From an uncultured Spirochaeta sp. (GTDB lineage: Bacteria > Spirochaetota > Spirochaetia > DTKZ01), in assembly GCA_937140905.1 (NCBI GenBank), contig CAKZQO010000321.1, positions 1 through 49,110 on the forward strand: a DNA stretch of 49,110 nt. The letters run 5' to 3'. Below, in pieces: positions 45,166 through 49,110 of this stretch. Position 1 is the stretch's first letter. Every line of letters begins with the position of its first letter. Below the pieces are notes generated by a model. That model searched no databases, was not told the origin of the DNA, and saw only the letters and a program-made list of their open reading frames with translations. Both the position numbers and the translations under genes were made by a program.

Positions 45166-47889
45166 ATGTCCTACACCCGTTCTTTCAACCGGTTGCCTAA
45201 GGATTCCTTCTCTTGTTTGTCCCAATTTTCCTTTGAAGGGAAGGAGGTGTTTTACCTGAGCTTGTCTAAATTAGCCACAAAATTTCCTCAGATTCGTCGG
45301 TTCCCATTCTCGATACGGATTCTGCTGGAGTCTGTTCTTCGATCGGAGAATGGGAAAGAAGTGACCGAAAAAGATATCGAAAAGTTTCTCTCGTATGATC
45401 CTGCCTCTCCTTCCTCAATTGAAGTTCCGTTTAGCCCAGCAAGAGTCCTCCTGCAGGATTTCACCGGAGTCCCCTGTGTGGTAGACCTAGCCGCCATGCG
45501 CTCGGCGGTAGCCCGATTAGGAGGAGATCCCTCTCGAATCAATCCCCAGATTCCCGTAGAACTAGTGATCGATCATTCCCTCCAGGTGGATGTGTGGGGT
45601 CGGCCGGACGCGGCGGAAGAAAACCTAAAGATCGAATTTCAACGAAACCGGGAACGGTACGAGTTCCTCCGATGGGGACAAAAAGCTTTCCAAAATTTCA
45701 GGGTGATCCCCCCCGGGGGCGGAATCTGCCACCAGGTGAATTTGGAATATCTCGCTACCCTGATACGAACCCTGGAAACTCCTCAGGGTACGCTCGTGTT
45801 TCCCGACTCCGTGGTAGGAACCGACAGCCATACCACCATGATCAACGGGCTGGGGGTCCTGGGATGGGGCGTAGGGGGGATCGAAGCAGAAGCTACCATG
45901 CTGGGGCAGCCCCTCTACATGGTTGCTCCTTCTGTGGTGGCTGTCCGCCTTTCCGGATCCCTGCAATCCGGTGTGACCGCTACGGATCTAGTACTCACCC
46001 TCACTCAGATGCTTCGTTCTGAAGGGGTGGTGGATAAGTTCGTGGAGTTCATTGGCCCAGGAGCCCGATCCTTGTCTATACCTGACAGAGCTACCCTGTC
46101 CAACATGGCACCCGAATACGGCGCCACCATGGGATTCTTCCCGCCAGATGAGCGATCCATCCAGTACCTACGAGATACAGGAAGGCCTACCTCCCTGATC
46201 GAACTAGCGGAACAGTACTTCACCCTGCAGGGATTCCTCAGGATGGAACAAGAGGAGGAACCCCTTTACGAAAAAGTGTTGGAACTGGATCTTTCCACCA
46301 TTGAACCTTCCATCGCAGGACCCAAGCGCCCGCAGGATCGGATTCCCCTCCGCACTGTCCAGAAAGAATGGAAAGACGCTTTGATGCGCCCAGTGGAAAA
46401 ACGAGGATACGGATTGACCAAGGAGGAACTGAACAAAAAAGCTGTTTTTGATATTTCAGGTAAGGGGAGAAGAGAAATAGGCCATGGTGCGGTAGTGATC
46501 GCCTCCATCACTAGTTGTACCAACACGAGTAATCCTTCGGTAATGCTCGCTGCAGGGCTTCTCGCTAGAAGGGCCGTGGAACTGGGACTCGAATCCAAGC
46601 CATGGGTGAAGACGAGTCTCGCACCTGGATCCCGCGTAGTGACTCGATACCTGGAATCCAGCGGTCTTCTGCCATACCTGGAACGCTTGGGATTCCACGT
46701 GGTAGGGTACGGATGCACCACCTGTATCGGGAACTCTGGGCCGATCCCCGAACCTATTGCGGAGGCTATCTCCGAAGGAGGACTCGTGGCCGTATCGGTC
46801 CTTTCTGGAAACAGAAACTTCGAAGGAAGAGTACATCCCCTCACCCGCGCCAACTTCCTTGCTTCTCCTCCATTGGTCGTAGCCTACGCTCTGGCAGGAA
46901 GAATCGACATTGACTGGGAAAAGGAACCCATTGGATACTGTGGAACGGACAAAGCGATCTATCTACGAGACCTGTGGCCAAAGGAAGAAGAGATCATCTC
47001 CCTCCTCAACCGCACGTCAGGATTGTTCCGATCTGCCTACGAAGGGATCGAAACCGCTAGTCCTCTCTGGAATGCCATCCCCCTTAGGGGGACATCACTG
47101 TACGAGTGGGACCCTTCCAGTACCTATATCCAGGAACCTCCCTTTTTCCAGAACCTGTCCAAGAAAGCCCATACCATCCGTCCTATAGAGAAAGCACGAG
47201 TGCTGGTGATGGCAGGGGACAGCATTACCACCGATCACATCAGTCCAGCCGGATCTATTTCCCCCTCTAGCCCCGCAGGGAAGTACCTGCAAGAATTGGG
47301 CGTGGCTCCCAAAGATTTCAATTCCTATGGGGCCCGGCGGGGTAACGATCGAGTGATGACTCGGGGAACTTTTGCTAACCCCCGTTTCAGGAATCTCCTA
47401 GTCCCAGGAACCGAGGGGAGTGTTACCCTTCATATTCCCAGTGGGGAGACCTCCGATATCTTCTCTGTGGCGCTTCGATACCAGAAAGAAGGAACCCCCA
47501 CCATCATTCTGGCGGGCAAGGACTACGGGATGGGATCTAGTCGGGACTGGGCTGCCAAGGGGGTGATGCTTCTAGGGGTTCGGGCCGTCATCGCTGAATC
47601 CTTTGAGAGGATCCATCGGAGTAACCTCGTTGGAATGGGAGTACTACCCCTTCAGTTCCTTCCTGGTCAGAACCGTGAAACCGTCGGATTGGAAGGAACC
47701 GAACTGTACTCGATCCCGATCACGGATAAGATTCAACCTGGAGAGGAACTCGAAGTCTCTGTTACTTCGCGTGATGGAAAAACGAAGAAATTCCGGGTCC
47801 TCTGTCGGCTGAATAGTTCCGTAGAGGTAGAGTATTACCGGAACGGAGGAATCCTCCCAACCGTTTTACGAAGGTTACTATTCGAATAA
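45166..47889 (+). CDS. acnA: Aconitate hydratase AcnA
   Basis: LQDFTGVP, VIDHS, GICHQVNLE, GTDSHTTM, ITSCTNTSNP, GYGCTTCIGNSG and GSSRDWAAKG motifs. Confidence 0.97.
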   Translation: MSYTRSFNRLPKDSFSCLSQFSFEGKEVFYLSLSKLATKFPQIRRFPFSIRILLESVLRSENGKEVTEKDIEKFLSYDPASPSSIEVPFSPARVLLQDFTGVPCVVDLAAMRSAVARLGGDPSRINPQIPVELVIDHSLQVDVWGRPDAAEENLKIEFQRNRERYEFLRWGQKAFQNFRVIPPGGGICHQVNLEYLATLIRTLETPQGTLVFPDSVVGTDSHTTMINGLGVLGWGVGGIEAEATMLGQPLYMVAPSVVAVRLSGSLQSGVTATDLVLTLTQMLRSEGVVDKFVEFIGPGARSLSIPDRATLSNMAPEYGATMGFFPPDERSIQYLRDTGRPTSLIELAEQYFTLQGFLRMEQEEEPLYEKVLELDLSTIEPSIAGPKRPQDRIPLRTVQKEWKDALMRPVEKRGYGLTKEELNKKAVFDISGKGRREIGHGAVVIASITSCTNTSNPSVMLAAGLLARRAVELGLESKPWVKTSLAPGSRVVTRYLESSGLLPYLERLGFHVVGYGCTTCIGNSGPIPEPIAEAISEGGLVAVSVLSGNRNFEGRVHPLTRANFLASPPLVVAYALAGRIDIDWEKEPIGYCGTDKAIYLRDLWPKEEEIISLLNRTSGLFRSAYEGIETASPLWNAIPLRGTSLYEWDPSSTYIQEPPFFQNLSKKAHTIRPIEKARVLVMAGDSITTDHISPAGSISPSSPAGKYLQELGVAPKDFNSYGARRGNDRVMTRGTFANPRFRNLLVPGTEGSVTLHIPSGETSDIFSVALRYQKEGTPTIILAGKDYGMGSSRDWAAKGVMLLGVRAVIAESFERIHRSNLVGMGVLPLQFLPGQNRETVGLEGTELYSIPITDKIQPGEELEVSVTSRDGKTKKFRVLCRLNSSVEVEYYRNGGILPTVLRRLLFE

Positions 47890-49110
47890 ACGCCGAGCCA
47901 ACCAGGCAGCTACCGAAGCATCACTGGGCATTCGCCAATCCCCTCGGGGGGACAGGTTGATACTCCCCACCTTTGGCCCATCCGGGACACAGGAACGTTT
48001 GTACTGCTGGCTGAAAAACCTACGAAGGAATACCTCGAGCCATTTTTGGAGGGTATTCTCATCGTATTGATCCCGAAAGGCAACAGTCGCCAAGAAAAGG
48101 ATCTTGTCTGGAGGAGCGCCGTACCGAAGAAAGTGGTACAGGAAGAAATCGTGGAGCTCATAAGGCCCGATGATATCCTCGGTTTTCTGCTGGATCCTGC
48201 TCTTGGGGTCTGGAGGTAACAACTCGGGAGTAATGGGAGTGGAAAGGATCCGATGCAGCACCTCTCGGGTAGACTCCTCTATCGCATGATCCGCGATCCA
48301 TTGGACTAGATAGCGGACCAACGTTTTCGGAACTCCACTGTTCACTCCATACATGGACATGTGGTCTCCATTGTAGGTGCACCAACCTAGGGCGAGCTCG
48401 GAAAGGTCGCCAGTTCCCACTACCAACCCCTTGTGCTTGTTGGCCAGATCCATCAAGATCTGGGTCCGTTCTCGAGCCTGCACGTTTTCATAGGTTGTGT
48501 CGTGTTCCTTCGGATCATGCCCGATGTCTTCGAAATGCCTAAGACAGGCAGCTTTGATATCGATCTCCCGAATCGCTACACCCAGCGAGCTCATCAACTG
48601 GAGAGCGTTCTGGTAGGTATTGTCCGTGGTTCCAAAACCCGGCATTGTTACGGCCAGTATGCGCTTGCGAGGGATCCTCAATAGATCGAAGGTCCTTACC
48701 GTAACCAAAAGGGCCAAGGTGGAATCTAGACCACCGGAAATCCCAACTACGGCGGTTTCACTCTTCGTGTGTTCCATCCGCTTGGCTAAACCTGCTGTCT
48801 GAATGGAAAAGATCTCTTCGCATCGTTCATCCCGTTCCGTAAGACTTGAAGGTACGAAGGGGTGTGGATCGATGGTGCGCAGGAACTTCCCCCGCTTTAT
48901 CCTTCTGGAGGAATCTTTCCATCCTGCAAGCACAGGAACGATCCGATAGGGAAATCCATTGGAAGATTCTTCTTTATCCATAAAGGGCGTCAACATCCTT
49001 CGCTCCGCCAAAAGCCTATCCAGATCCACCTCTACTACTACCAGTTCCAATTCCCGGGAGAATCTCTTTCCCTCGGCCAGAATTACCCCATTCTCCGCAA
49101 TGAAGGTAGA
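47878..49110 (-). CDS. nadE: Glutamine-dependent NAD+ synthetase, 5' part beyond window
   Basis: GISGGLDSTLAL, ENVQARERT, GTGDLSE, QQYKRSCVPDGPK and SPRGDWRMPSD motifs. The frame stays open to the window edge (STFIAENGVILAEGKRFSRE). Confidence 0.96.
   Translation of the reverse strand, partial: STFIAENGVILAEGKRFSRELELVVVEVDLDRLLAERRMLTPFMDKEESSNGFPYRIVPVLAGWKDSSRRIKRGKFLRTIDPHPFVPSSLTERDERCEEIFSIQTAGLAKRMEHTKSETAVVGISGGLDSTLALLVTVRTFDLLRIPRKRILAVTMPGFGTTDNTYQNALQLMSSLGVAIREIDIKAACLRHFEDIGHDPKEHDTTYENVQARERTQILMDLANKHKGLVVGTGDLSELALGWCTYNGDHMSMYGVNSGVPKTLVRYLVQWIADHAIEESTREVLHRILSTPITPELLPPDPKSRIQQKTEDIIGPYELHDFFLYHFLRYGAPPDKILFLATVAFRDQYDENTLQKWLEVFLRRFFSQQYKRSCVPDGPKVGSINLSPRGDWRMPSDASVAAWLARRLFE

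Noticed and set aside
47878-49050. Short ammonia-dependent NadE starting at TTG 49050
   Set aside because: The frame is open to the window edge and includes the end of the glutaminase domain, so the truncation is a window artefact.
1-49110. CRISPR array, tRNA/rRNA, transposase, integrase or phage genes
   Set aside because: I saw no regularly spaced repeats or recognisable motifs; the intergenic gaps are short and mostly explained.

Overview
A gene-dense bacterial chromosomal window of roughly balanced GC by eye. It is probably from a free-living Spirochaetota (Treponema/Spirochaeta-like) organism; this is inferred from gene style and not verified. Left to right it holds: (1) a sugar/polyol catabolic cluster (two Zn-dependent dehydrogenases, two related atypical FGGY kinases, a D-2-hydroxyacid dehydrogenase, an N-terminally extended transaldolase-family protein, two GntR regulators) interrupted by a PP2C phosphatase; (2) an orphan response regulator and a nucleotidyltransferase-TPM-LemA operon; (3) a TAXI/TRAP transporter, a Nudix hydrolase, a predicted outer-membrane barrel and RidA; (4) a soluble GNAT-histidine kinase fusion and a vapBC pair; (5) a TPP-riboswitch-controlled thiamine salvage operon (AIR-synthase-family gene, thiE, thiD, tenA, HAD-like gene); (6) a membrane-anchored pcm with a membrane spermidine-synthase-like methyltransferase, and an unannotated DUF72 relic; (7) a 7TM-PAS-LuxR regulator, glpK, an MCP, purK-purE and a pRiA4b-ORF3-domain protein; (8) an unannotated 49-aa Pro-rich small ORF, a second outer-membrane barrel, a binding-protein/histidine-kinase pair, an MFS transporter, acnA and partial nadE. 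I saw no CRISPR array, rRNA, tRNA, transposase or prophage gene. The best candidates for undescribed biology are the thiM-less TPP operon led by a PurM-like enzyme, the NTase-TPM-LemA operon, the GNAT-kinase fusion, the sugar pathway with an atypical transaldolase, and apparent leaderless transcription of about nine genes. All calls come from reading motifs by eye; no searches were run.
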